The position numbers and the translations under genes were made by a program. The notes beneath the pieces are model-generated. The model searched no databases. It saw only the letters and a list, made by a program, of their open reading frames with translations, and was not told the DNA's origin. This document shows positions 1 through 10,030 of a DNA stretch of 50,101 bases, piece after piece (the first letter of the stretch is position 1; every line of letters begins with the position of its first letter). This DNA comes from Craspedostauros australis (Eukaryota), in NCBI GenBank assembly GCA_030167865.1, contig JALAGF010004795.1, positions 1 to 50,101 on the forward strand. The letters are read 5' to 3'.

Positions 1-629
1 CTGGCATGCTTCTTATTCCATTCAACGATGTCAATTGTTGGAAGAAGTGCGGATGTAGCAATGAGAAGGAGGCCATTGATGCTCATTGATATCCAGTATA
101 CTCTACGATAAGAAGTTCAGGTGATTTTATGGTGGACGAACATACGATGGAAGTATGCTTTTGACATGGAGCAGTGCAACCGAGTGCGTTCCTAAGTACG
201 ATGTACACTTTTGTGCTAATCAAACTCGAGACTGCATTTTCAGAAGTCTACCCTTGTGTCTACTTTGGGTAGACATTGGTCGTCTGTCGTGCATACGTAA
301 GGTTCTTGAGCACACCACAGAGTTCTGTGTGATTTCCAACTATTGTGCGTCCTCCATGCCGTGTCACCGCCAGGCACACAGATTTGGAAACGCGGAGGTC
401 GGCAAAAGAGAGAGAGCGAAGAAACATTCTGAATTTATTGAACGGCAACAGGAGGCGCACAAAGGCTGAGAACAAACATAAACGTGGAAGTTACAGTTGC
501 TTGCCTGCATTCACCATACGTAGGTCGTACTCGTGCAGAAACCAATAAAACGGAAGCACTGGCCGTGACAGCAACAGCAACAGCAGCAGCAACAAGGTTC
601 ATATTGTACAAACCGTGAGATTTGCCGCC

Positions 630-2023
630 ATGACTTCAACCAAACAGGTGCAATCGTGGGACCCCAGCGAGGTGGATGATATCTTTTCGTCGACGATGCT
701 GCGCGGCATCCAGGCGCTGGATGCAATGGGTGCACAGGAATGGAATCTGGCGGCCGTTGCTGTCGCCACAGCAGTGCTGCTGCTCGGAGTCCGCATGGCG
801 CTGGGGAAGAAGCTGGGCGTCGATTGGCTGGCCTTGCTGCATGCCATCGTGTCGGGCTACGGGAGCTTCGTCTGTACCTACCTCAGCTTCGCGCAAGGTC
901 AGGCATTGACGGGGACGGCAGAGCCGATGCGGAGCCTCCTGTGTCAAGGCGCGTTGACCAGCATGCACCGCTTCATACCCGCAGTCACCATGGGATACGG
1001 ACTCTTCGATATCGCCGAAGGTCTCAGCCATGGCGTGGATTTTGTGAGTTGGCTTTTTGTTCTGTCATGGGGTGCGATATGATATGATGAGATATGATGA
1101 GGTCCTTGCAGGCAAACTCAGCCAGTGATGACGGCGGTGTCTGTGGCATGGATGTGCATGTTCATGCCCGTGCCCGTGGTCGTGTTCCAGCAAAGGTGTG
1201 TCCCAAGTTCTGCTCGGAACAACGCCAAGACATCGCGGGCTGTGCGAACGCAATGGCCGCAACATGGGCGATACTCCTGTTCGACACTGCACTACTCTGC
1301 TACCATCCACTCCATGGTGTTCTGTTACATTCCCACCGAGTGATTCTTTCGTCAATTGCATTCATGCATTCTCACCTCTCGACATCAACCATCGATCTTC
1401 GGCGACAATCCATTCCGTGCACACCGACGCATCGACTGCTTTGTCTTTTCCATCTCGACATCGGCATCGACATTGGCATTGGCATCCGTATTGGCGTTCG
1501 CATCCGGATTCACACAATCGCACCCACGGTAATGCCATCTCCACGCGATCGGCAATCGGCAATCCAGCTCGCTCACGGTCTCGCCACTTTCTCCATCATG
1601 GCCTACTTTTGTTACTACGACGTCTCCGAGATCATCGTCCCGATGCTCCTGATGGAAATCTCGACCTGCCACCTGGCGGCTGTGCGTGCTGAATTCTTCT
1701 CCGAGCTCATTACGACCGTCAACATGGGGTTCTTCGTCCTCGCCTTCTTCGCCTACCGCATTGTCAGCGTTCCGTACATTTGGTACGGCATCGTTTCCAC
1801 GATATCCCAGGTCAAAGACACCGAGGAGTACCAGTCCTGCTTGCCGAGTCATTTCCATATCATGGTCTTCGTCTTTGGCGTCTTCTTCCATAGCCTCAAC
1901 GCATTCTGGTTTTACAAGATTATCCTCAAGGTCAAGCGAAAACTCAGCGGCAACGAGAAGATCAAAGAGGGCAACGAGCTGGAGGATGCGGGCCAGAAAA
2001 TCCAAGGCAAGAAGGAGGATTGA
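630..2023 (+). CDS. TLC (TRAM/LAG1/CLN8) domain multi-pass membrane protein, TMEM56/TLCD-like; 2 exons, ~289 aa
   Basis: Exons 630-1043 and 1568-2023; GTGAGT donor at 1044 and ATCCAG acceptor ending 1567 join in phase 0 (..HGVDF|LAHGLATF..). TLC-like motifs: ALLHAIVS, TMGYGLFD, LLMEISTCHL, FFAYRIV, HSLNAFWFYKII. Lys-rich C-terminus ending GKKED. Confidence 0.85.
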
Positions 2024-3402
2024 GGCAACACCACCAGCGCCAGCACCAGCGTAGCATTGTCAATTGCATTTGCAGCGGGGTACTTCGAGGCAACGATGGG
2101 TGTCTTCGTCGTGCAGGAATGAGAGGCAATACTGGTGCAGCCCGAGTATGTTATCGTATTCGAGAGTCCTCGTGGCGTGTGCCATTCGTACTCAGGGGAG
2201 GACATGAAGCGGATACCCGTTGAATTCGGCTTTCAGACTGCTCTGCGAGTGTCGAATGCACTCGCAGTGCGGTTGAATGACAAGATTTCTCCGTACTCAA
2301 CGAATGCTGGCGCACTTCATCGTACACCACCATACGCGTACGCCTTGTACATACGTTAGCAAACAGAACACATTGTTGTTGATGGTGGACGTTACTTTGC
2401 TTCTCCCACACTTATTCTACCCTCAAGTATGCTTACCGGGAGTGAGCGCGGCCGTACCAGAATTGATTGTAGGTACTGCTCGTATGGCACCTTGGCGTGT
2501 ACTACTAGTGTCCTATTTGGATCAACCAACGCCATGGGCGTTTCATGATGCAGATGGATGGCCTGGTAGAAATGGTGTTGGACATGGTACGAATACTTTC
2601 GCAAAAGCAAGCATGATAGAATGTGTTGGATCGTATTGGCACATGCTCGAAAGCAGAGCAATGCCGATCGCATTCATATCTGGTGCTGCTGTTTTTGGGA
2701 TCTCGCAGCCATGCCTCTCACTTCCCCCATGGTACGGTACGTTCTGGTGTGACGGTGCACATGGTTGGTGCCACCTCGCTGGTACTGCAATGTACATATC
2801 TTCTTGCACGTGCACGTGCACGTCAACGTTTCATACTTGTAAGACGGCGGGGTTGATTGCCGTGAATATCGTTGGAGTAGAGTACACAGTGTGCATAGCC
2901 TGCACCAGCACGTACTCGTGTTGTTGATGAAAGTGACGACAAGCAACGGCCAATCCTCCCCTTGTTTCCGCTCGCGGCGAAAACGTTGCCGTGATGATGA
3001 GAATAGCATCACTCAGCTGAGTCGTGGGCTGGAGACGTTGGATTCATCCGACACTACCGCCAGGCTTGGACGCAGTGGTGGACCCTCATAGATCGTAGAG
3101 TATGTCGAGAGATCGGGGCTTTGCGTCCAACGTTGTCTGATAGATACACATATGAAGAAAGTGATGCGACCGATCGACCGGGCGATGCGTTCATTGATCC
3201 ATTCATTTTCAAGGATTCGCTCATGCTGCTATTTCTGCTGGTGATGCCGCCGATGACGACGACGATTCGGAAACAAAGAGTTGGGGAATGCGTTGAATCA
3301 ATGCCTTCCTCCTTGTGTAGATTCCTCTGCGTTGTTTCGAGATACTCTACCTGCTTTCCTCTCTGAATTTCCAATGCGTATATCCGTACGATGATTCTTG
3401 CT

Positions 3403-5154
3403 TTATCCACCTCCTGCAGACGGTGGCTTCAGCAAGGTTGGCTGCGGCGCCCGTTTCTTTTGCTTGTTCGCCTTCTTCTGCTTGCTTCCATCACGACGAC
3501 CGTTGGCCTTCTTCTGGTTCTGTCCACCTGCTCCCTTCTTTTTCTTCGCCGATGCTTTTGTCGATGCCTTTGCTCCGCCTCCTCCAGAAGCTGTCTTCTT
3601 TGCCTTTTTGGTCTTGCTGGAGTTCTCCTTTTTCTTCATCTTCTCTTCTTCGCGCTTGGCACGCAGATGCAAGACGAGGGCCGAAAGTTGCTGCTGCTGC
3701 TGATGCAGTTGTTGTTGTTGTTGTTGTTGTTGTTGTGGGTCGTCCTTCTGCTCGTCTTGGATCTTCGTTTCGCCATCGGCCGCATCGCCATCTTCGGAAG
3801 CATTTGCCACAGCGGCAGACGCCGATGTGCTGCCACCCCCAGGTGGAGGTTTGGGACGCGCTTTGAGGTCCTCTGCATGCTGTTGCTCCGATTGCATCCA
3901 TGCCTTGTAATCGGCCGAGGCTTCCACGGAACCCTTGCGGCGATCCGGACGACCCTGGTTCCTCCAGGTTTTCCCAGAGAGACTTTCTTCCACAATGCAG
4001 CGACTGTACTTTGTCTCGTTGGATCGAAGGTAGTTGGCAAGGGATTCGACAGCACGCGCCAACTGCAGACGGCCCTTGGCAAGGTCCTCGGAGTAGTCGA
4101 TCTGGCTCTTTTTGGCATTGGATCCGCCTTTGCTGTTGGCGTTGTTGTTCTGCTTTGGTTCGATTCTGGGTGCGACGAAGACCATGTACATGCTTCCTGC
4201 TCGCTCGCCACGCCGTTGAGTCTGCTTCGGTGGGTTGGCATACATGGGTCTCACCGTGATGATCGGAGCGTTCGTCGGCGTCTTCTCTGCGATGATGACT
4301 TCGGGATCGTTGTTGTTGTTGTTGCTGCTGCTGCTGTTGCTGTTACTCTCGGCGTTGTTGGTGATGGCGTTGGCGTTGACATCATCTGTTGTGCTTGCAT
4401 CGGCTGCAGCTCCTCCATCCTTTCCGTCTTCACCACCGTCGTCTGTCTCCTCTTGTTGAGCTTGTTCACCGGCGGCGGCCGCCAGGGCTTTCTTCTTGGC
4501 AGCGATGACGGCCTGTTCCGCTTCCACCAAACGCCTCGCAGCATAGCGATCCATCTGAAAGGCAACAGGCGACTCTTCGGATGCAGACGATGCCATGAAG
4601 TCATCCAAGATTGCCTGCGCCAGCGTGATCATGTTGGCAACGGAACCATTCGCCTCAGCGTTCTGCACATGGCGGAAAGTGACTTTGGTTTGAGCAGGAT
4701 GCGGGATCGCATTCTTCTTGTTGTTGGCATTGTTGTTGTTGTTGTTGTTGCTTGACTTGTTCTGCTTCTTGCTGTTCTTGGATTTGTTGCTCCCGTTCTT
4801 TGCTTTGGCGGATCCGTTCTGAGGTTTGGTCTTGGCATCATCCTTCCCGTTTGCATTTGCGTTTGCTTTTGCTTTGACCTTTGCATTGCCATCAGAGCCT
4901 GCATTTGCGTTGGCATTTGTGTTGGTGCCGCCATTGGCATTGCCTCTCTTGTTCTTCTGGTTCCGATTGCGATTGCGGTTTCGTTTGCGACCTCCACCGC
5001 CCCCGGCTGCGGCACCACCTGACGCACTTCCATTGGTGTCTCCCTTGGTGGCGTTGCCGCTCCCCTCTCCTTTGCCTGCTGCATTGCCTGCAGCATTGCC
5101 CCCATCATTGGCAGCATTTCCCTTGCTGCCGCCGTTCTTCTTATTGCCCCTCAT
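3403..5154 (-). CDS. Divergent UPF3/Smg-4-like nonsense-mediated decay factor with Asn/Lys/Gly-rich low-complexity termini, 583 aa
   Basis: Single ATG-started ORF. Segments TKVTFRHV, AGSMYMVF and CIVEESLSGKTW...DRRKGSVEASADYKAWM resemble the UPF3 RRM-like domain and its D-x-R-x-G-T-I-E-x-D-x-D-Y motif; followed by LVLHLRAKREE and a Lys-rich tail. The gene is well supported; the family call is moderate. Confidence 0.6.
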   Translation of the reverse strand: MRGNKKNGGSKGNAANDGGNAAGNAAGKGEGSGNATKGDTNGSASGGAAAGGGGGRKRNRNRNRNQKNKRGNANGGTNTNANANAGSDGNAKVKAKANANANGKDDAKTKPQNGSAKAKNGSNKSKNSKKQNKSSNNNNNNNANNKKNAIPHPAQTKVTFRHVQNAEANGSVANMITLAQAILDDFMASSASEESPVAFQMDRYAARRLVEAEQAVIAAKKKALAAAAGEQAQQEETDDGGEDGKDGGAAADASTTDDVNANAITNNAESNSNSSSSNNNNNDPEVIIAEKTPTNAPIITVRPMYANPPKQTQRRGERAGSMYMVFVAPRIEPKQNNNANSKGGSNAKKSQIDYSEDLAKGRLQLARAVESLANYLRSNETKYSRCIVEESLSGKTWRNQGRPDRRKGSVEASADYKAWMQSEQQHAEDLKARPKPPPGGGSTSASAAVANASEDGDAADGETKIQDEQKDDPQQQQQQQQQLHQQQQQLSALVLHLRAKREEEKMKKKENSSKTKKAKKTASGGGGAKASTKASAKKKKGAGGQNQKKANGRRDGSKQKKANKQKKRAPQPTLLKPPSAGGG

Positions 5155-5708
5155 CGTCCAGCGAATGCGGAACGCAAGGTGGCTTCGAGCAGAGCGCTTG
5201 ACTAGCAGATCAGATCAGATCAGCTCTGATCTTGTCCTCTTCACGACACTCTGGCCCCAGATCCTTGTGCGATACCGTCTGCGCTGACAATGGATGGAGC
5301 TTGTCAACGAGTATCACTCTGCTGCAATGTAGTACTTGTGGCCCGTGCTCGCAGTGCTCCACGATCTATGCGGATGTACTATACGAGCACAGCAAACTCG
5401 TATGATGTCGATGATGCCACGCCACTCCACAAGAACCGCACGAGGACGCATGCGCACCTGTCGGCGCAATAATGGGCTGCTTTCAGTTGTCTCTCTCGAT
5501 CGTCTTCTATGATAGATCGTGCACCACCCCCGCGGTATCAAATGACGACGTTGTGATTGTGCTGCTGTCCCAGTGCGCGTATCTTCGCAACCTGGAACAC
5601 CAACGGCAGAAGAGACGAAGAGGCGGTAGGCGCGGCCATGTACGACGACATCCCCACATCACCAACAACTCAACACCAAAGTCGAAGCCGAAATCAAAAC
5701 CAAAATCG

Positions 5709-5778
5709 ACACAAACACAACAAACACAACAAACACAACAAACACAACAAACACAACAAACACAACAAACACAACAAA
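5709..5778 (+). repeat. 9-bp minisatellite (ACAAACACA)n, ~7.5 copies
   Basis: Directly visible perfect tandem repeat; explains the HNK/QQT-repeat spurious ORFs. Confidence 0.95.
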
Positions 5779-6828
5779 ACCGCAAAACCACACAAAGCCG
5801 AGGATGCGGTCGGAGGGATCAAAGCATGACGAACAATGGCACAGCTGACACACTGGACCGACTGTGATGCTGCCAGATGGACAGACACAGATAGATTCCT
5901 TTTGTGTCCATCATGACGTCACGCAGAACAGAATGAAATGTCAATGCGTCGAGATGGTGTTCCTCTCCCTGCCACATCTGCAACCCACCAACGTCCATGA
6001 CGACACGACGATTCCACAACTCACAAAATGCGAGTTCCAGACGGCACAATCGCAGAGCCTCGGCGCGACGAGAACCCGCAGCCCAAACGCGCACCAACCG
6101 CCGATCTCTGTTTTCGCCAACCATCCAAGACCAAGGACCAACCCCAACACCAAACCCGGCAACATCATCACGATCGCCACCAACACAATCACAAGCACAA
6201 CAGCACCGACATCCCAAGTCGTCCTCCCATCTCTTCACCTCTTCTTGGTGCGATTACGAGTACGACCCACAATTGCATGCCCACACCAGGATTCTGCCAC
6301 AGTACGTCCCGTCATCAGCATCAACAGCGGCATCGCCGGCACATCATCGTCAGCACCGCCACAGAATTCGGAGCGACTCCGACCAACAACACAGCTTTGG
6401 GGCAGCAACCAAACACGCAGAGCGATCGGCCACACCATCTGCGGAACACCAAGGCAGCGTATGGTGCAAGTATTGTTGAGTGGTCGTGACTGCAGCACAC
6501 AATTCGGCACTTGCCAACACTATACACGAGCACGGCTGAAGAAACACGCAGATCCAATCAGACGACAGTCGAACAAGAGTGAACAAAGTAAAACGACAGC
6601 ACAGCAGCACAACAGGACAACAGGACAACAGGACAAGAGGAAGTGTTGGAGTGCGCGCAATCGGCACCAACACAGAGAGCGCAACGTGGAGAGTTCATCG
6701 TCCTTCATCCTGCACCTTCCAGTGCGTTGCGAGCGACGAACTATTATATATTCTATTGTTATATTATACATTCCATCCCCGCATCATCCAAACACCATCA
6801 GCCACCACACTCGTACGACACCAGCACC

Positions 6829-7905
6829 ATGTGCCAAATCTACGCAATGAACAGCTCACGTCGGCGGAGCTTCTGCGCCAACCTCAAGTGCTTTTGCAAA
6901 CGAGGTGGTGGCACGGACATCCACGCGCATGGCTTTGGCCTCGCAATCTACCAGGGCAACGGACTGCAAAGCTTCCATGACACGCAGGCGGCAGTCCAAT
7001 CGCCCATCGCCAAGTTCCTGCAGGACTGCTCCATCACCACGTACAACATGATGGCGCACGTGCGCTTTGCGACCACCGGAGGCATCAACCTCGCCAACGT
7101 CCATCCTTTTGCCAGGGAGCTTTGGGGCATCCACTGGTCCTTCTGCCACAACGGGCAGATCGCAAAGTACGACCACTGCAGACCGCAGCAGGACCAGCCG
7201 TGCCTCGGAAAGGCCTCGCCCGTGGATACACAGTACATACCCGTCGGCGACACGGACTCCGAGGCGGTCTTCTGCGCCATCCTCAACGCGCTCAAGGCGG
7301 AATTCGACACCCTGCCCACGTTGCCTGTCCTGCACAGCTTCCTCTCCAGAATCTGCAAGGAGATCATCACGGATGATGAGGATTCCACCATCTTCAACTT
7401 CCTCCTGGGTTGTGGAGAGTACACCATGTTTGCTTATTCCTGGCCGGGGCGCAGGCCGGGCTCTGAAGTGTGGAATGGATTGCATTACATCATCCGCGAT
7501 GAGCCGTTGTCTTCCACCGCAAACGAGCGCATAGATCATCAGCATCAAAATTGTTCACAGCAGCATCAGCAGCAGCTCCAGCAACAGAAAAATCAACAGC
7601 TAGGGAACGATCAACAACATCGCGACGATGACCGCAATGGGCACAACAACAACGGCAGCAGCAGCAGCAGCAGCAACAACAACGCATCTTTGTCGCAGCA
7701 CACGTCTGATGTTAGCAATCGCGTGGCCGTTGTCGCCACGGAACCAGTCACCGATGAAGATGGCTGGGTGGAGTTCAAACGCGGCGAGCTGCTCATGTTT
7801 GACAAGGGCATGCCCTACCGAACACCTCGATGCTGCGAGGTCCTGCAAAAGCAAGGCCACGGCCTCTATTCCAGACGATTTCAGCAAGCTCTGGTGTCAT
7901 CGTAA
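6829..7905 (+). CDS. Class II glutamine amidotransferase (Ntn-hydrolase), YafJ/GATase_4 family, 358 aa
   Basis: The ATG at 6829 gives MCQIYAMN, with Cys2 as the Ntn nucleophile. Motifs: RGGGTDIHAHGFGLAIY, AHVRFATTG, NVHPF, WSFCHNG, GDTDSEAVFC, FNFLL, VVATEPVT. Gln/Asn insertion at ~7540-7700. Confidence 0.9.
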   Translation: MCQIYAMNSSRRRSFCANLKCFCKRGGGTDIHAHGFGLAIYQGNGLQSFHDTQAAVQSPIAKFLQDCSITTYNMMAHVRFATTGGINLANVHPFARELWGIHWSFCHNGQIAKYDHCRPQQDQPCLGKASPVDTQYIPVGDTDSEAVFCAILNALKAEFDTLPTLPVLHSFLSRICKEIITDDEDSTIFNFLLGCGEYTMFAYSWPGRRPGSEVWNGLHYIIRDEPLSSTANERIDHQHQNCSQQHQQQLQQQKNQQLGNDQQHRDDDRNGHNNNGSSSSSSNNNASLSQHTSDVSNRVAVVATEPVTDEDGWVEFKRGELLMFDKGMPYRTPRCCEVLQKQGHGLYSRRFQQALVSS

Positions 7906-8430
7906 ACGAGCAGCTGTGCGAGAGCAAGTGCAAACGATTTAGAGTAGAATCAGAATCTGATCCAGCCGACGCGATGATAGCAGTCACACCCTGCGGCCGC
8001 TGTGTTTGAAGGGGAGGGTTGACACCCCGGCGTTGTTCTGATGGTGCTGCGGGTATGCTGTGAGAATATGCACACACCAACATGCACGCACAGTCACAAC
8101 GAAAAGCAGCTTCAACCGACCGCGATGAAGCAAGCAATTTTGAACATGCAAGAGAGCATGGTAGGCTCCTATCTCACTCTCGAGAACAGAGCAGAGCAAT
8201 CCTTCGGCCAGGCCGCACATACACACTAGCACATAGATTACAAAAAGTGACGCAAGATTAGCCATTCACAAAAGTAAGTTCCTTTGTACATTGTGTCAAC
8301 TGCTTTCTGCAAATCATTGCAGCGTTACACTCGAAGGATTGCGGAAGCGCTCGCACCTCTGTACGAGACCTTTGGTCTACATACTTGCGCTGGTGCTGTC
8401 GAACGAGTAATGGGACTCTTTCCTTCCTCT

Positions 8431-9518
8431 CTAGTAATCGTCCTTCTCGTCATCCAGCTCATGCGCTGCCACGCCTCTTCGCACGGCGTTCGCCACCTTG
8501 CTACGCGCACTCCCGTCGGCGTACTTCCGAATGTGATCCAGGTACCGATCCTTATCCGGCAAGGTGCGCTTCACGCTGTCCAAATTCATCACGTGATCGT
8601 ACCATCGGTGGTATCCTTCCAGCTCTTTCGTTTGTGGAATCGTGTATCCGCGGTACTCTTCAAAGACATAGAATCGGTACGCCCACGGAATCAACGCCAG
8701 GTCAACGTTGGAGAGCTGGTTGTTGGGCAGGAAGGTGCTGCTGTCCTTGGCGTCGATCTCCGTCGCAAAGCGTTCCAGACCTTGGACCAGTTCTTGGAAG
8801 TGGTCCATGCGCTCCTGCGGATCCTTGCGCACGAGGACGCCGTAGTAGGGAGAGCAGCACTCGCGGTTGACCTTGTCGGCCCAGATGCGCGTCCGGGCAG
8901 CCCAGAACGGGTCCTCCGACACAAGACGATCTGCGCCGGTGGCCTCGCTGACTTGATCGATGTAGTCGATGGTGACGAGAGATTCATAGACGCTCTGTCC
9001 AAGTTTGCGGTTGTTGTTGTTGTTGTCGTGGATGATGTTATGGATCGGAAAGTGGATTGTTGAGGTGACGATTCTGGATTGAAGTGTTATACTACGTGAG
9101 TACGACATACTACTTGAGTACAGCGAATGATGCGTTGTCATGTGCCATACTCGTACTAATGCAAATGCCAGGATGCCATGCAGCAGGGGAAACCACAAGT
9201 GGACAACAGTGGACGCACCTTGGATTCATCAGCTGCGCCAGTCTCTGCATCGACGGGGATCAAGGTCGGGACGAGAGCCCCCGGATTGCTACGCTTCAAT
9301 TCATCCGCCTTCCAATGGTACCACCACTCATGCCCCGACCCTGTGACGTTCTCCTTGTCGTCGCGTTGCTCCCAGCCAAGAGCCTCCACCCACTCGTAGT
9401 CCACGCGTCCGGTATGGTGCTCCAGAGCCAACGTCGCACGGTGCGCGTACGGGCAGAACCACGCCGATAGGTAACGGAACTTCGGCGCCGCCTTGCGGAT
9501 GCCTGCTGATGTTGCCAT
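8431..9518 (-). CDS. Cys-type glutathione S-transferase (omega-like / glutathionyl reductase); 2 exons, ~287 aa
   Basis: Exons 9518-9219 and 8994-8431; GTGCGT donor and GGACAG acceptor join in phase 0 (..DESK|SVYESL..). Active-site WFCPYAHR, cis-Pro NPGALVPTL, ESLVTIDYID and N-capping box LSNVDLALIPW. Confidence 0.92.
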
Positions 9519-9699
9519 GATGGATCAAGTGCAATGCAATGTCGTTGTGGTTGTGGATTCGAGGGAAGGGTTGGGACTCATAGACAGCGTCTCGCAACTA
9601 TGAGAAAGTTGTCAGAACCGATGATGAGTGACCCCACCGCATCGCGTGGTGGATCTCGCTATCTCCATCGTCAGTTTCCCTCACTTTTGTTGTTGTGGT

Positions 9700-9711
9700 T
9701 GTGACGTCACA
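9700..9711. promoter_or_regulatory. Palindromic CRE-like bZIP site TGTGACGTCACA in the GST/SET divergent intergenic region
   Basis: Perfect 12-bp palindrome with a TGACGTCA core, ~180 bp upstream of the GST ATG. Function is inferred. Confidence 0.4.
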
Positions 9712-10030
9712 TCATGATATTTCTCTGAGCAGTCGAATGAATCAACAATGGGGATTCTGTCGAGGTTTTCCGAAAAAGTGAGGAGGCAACAACGCGTGTT
9801 CCTCCATCTCAGCACTGCTCATCCTTGATTTCACCAGCCATCTGTCGATGAGTGGTTGACCGTGGACCGTGCTTGTGTCGTGGAAATCTTCTTCTGTTCC
9901 CATCGCCATCGCCATCGCCAACGGCATCGCGTTTGCCATTGTTGTTCGGGCATGCCATTCGTTCCTGCCACCCATAACTCACACCTTCATCCACACCTTC
10001 ATCATTGCGTCCAACGTTGCTGCCGCGGCC

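Noticed and set aside
1-548. Short ORFs at the window start (155-469, 345-548)
   Set aside because: No recognisable motif and stops in the upstream frames; could be intergenic or a decayed element but cannot be supported.
2277-2927. 216-aa + strand ORF and a TGCACG x3 G-box-like repeat at ~2805-2823
   Set aside because: No domain signal; it lies between two convergent 3' ends, so a promoter role is unlikely.
3391-4755. 454-aa Leu/Val-rich + strand ORF that looks like a membrane protein
   Set aside because: Antisense shadow of the Lys/Gln/Asn-rich UPF3-like gene.
6643-6828. TTG-started N-terminal extension of the amidotransferase ORF
   Set aside because: Ntn-hydrolases need Cys at position 2, so the ATG at 6829 is the start.
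5864-6850. 328-aa ORF as an independent protein gene
   Set aside because: Thr/Gln/His/Pro composition follows from C/A skew, which depletes stop codons; no motifs.
8284-9063. 259-aa + strand ORF, and similar antisense ORFs over Lhcf, TM9SF, the helicase and TRRAP
   Set aside because: Antisense shadows caused by biased codon usage in real genes on the other strand.
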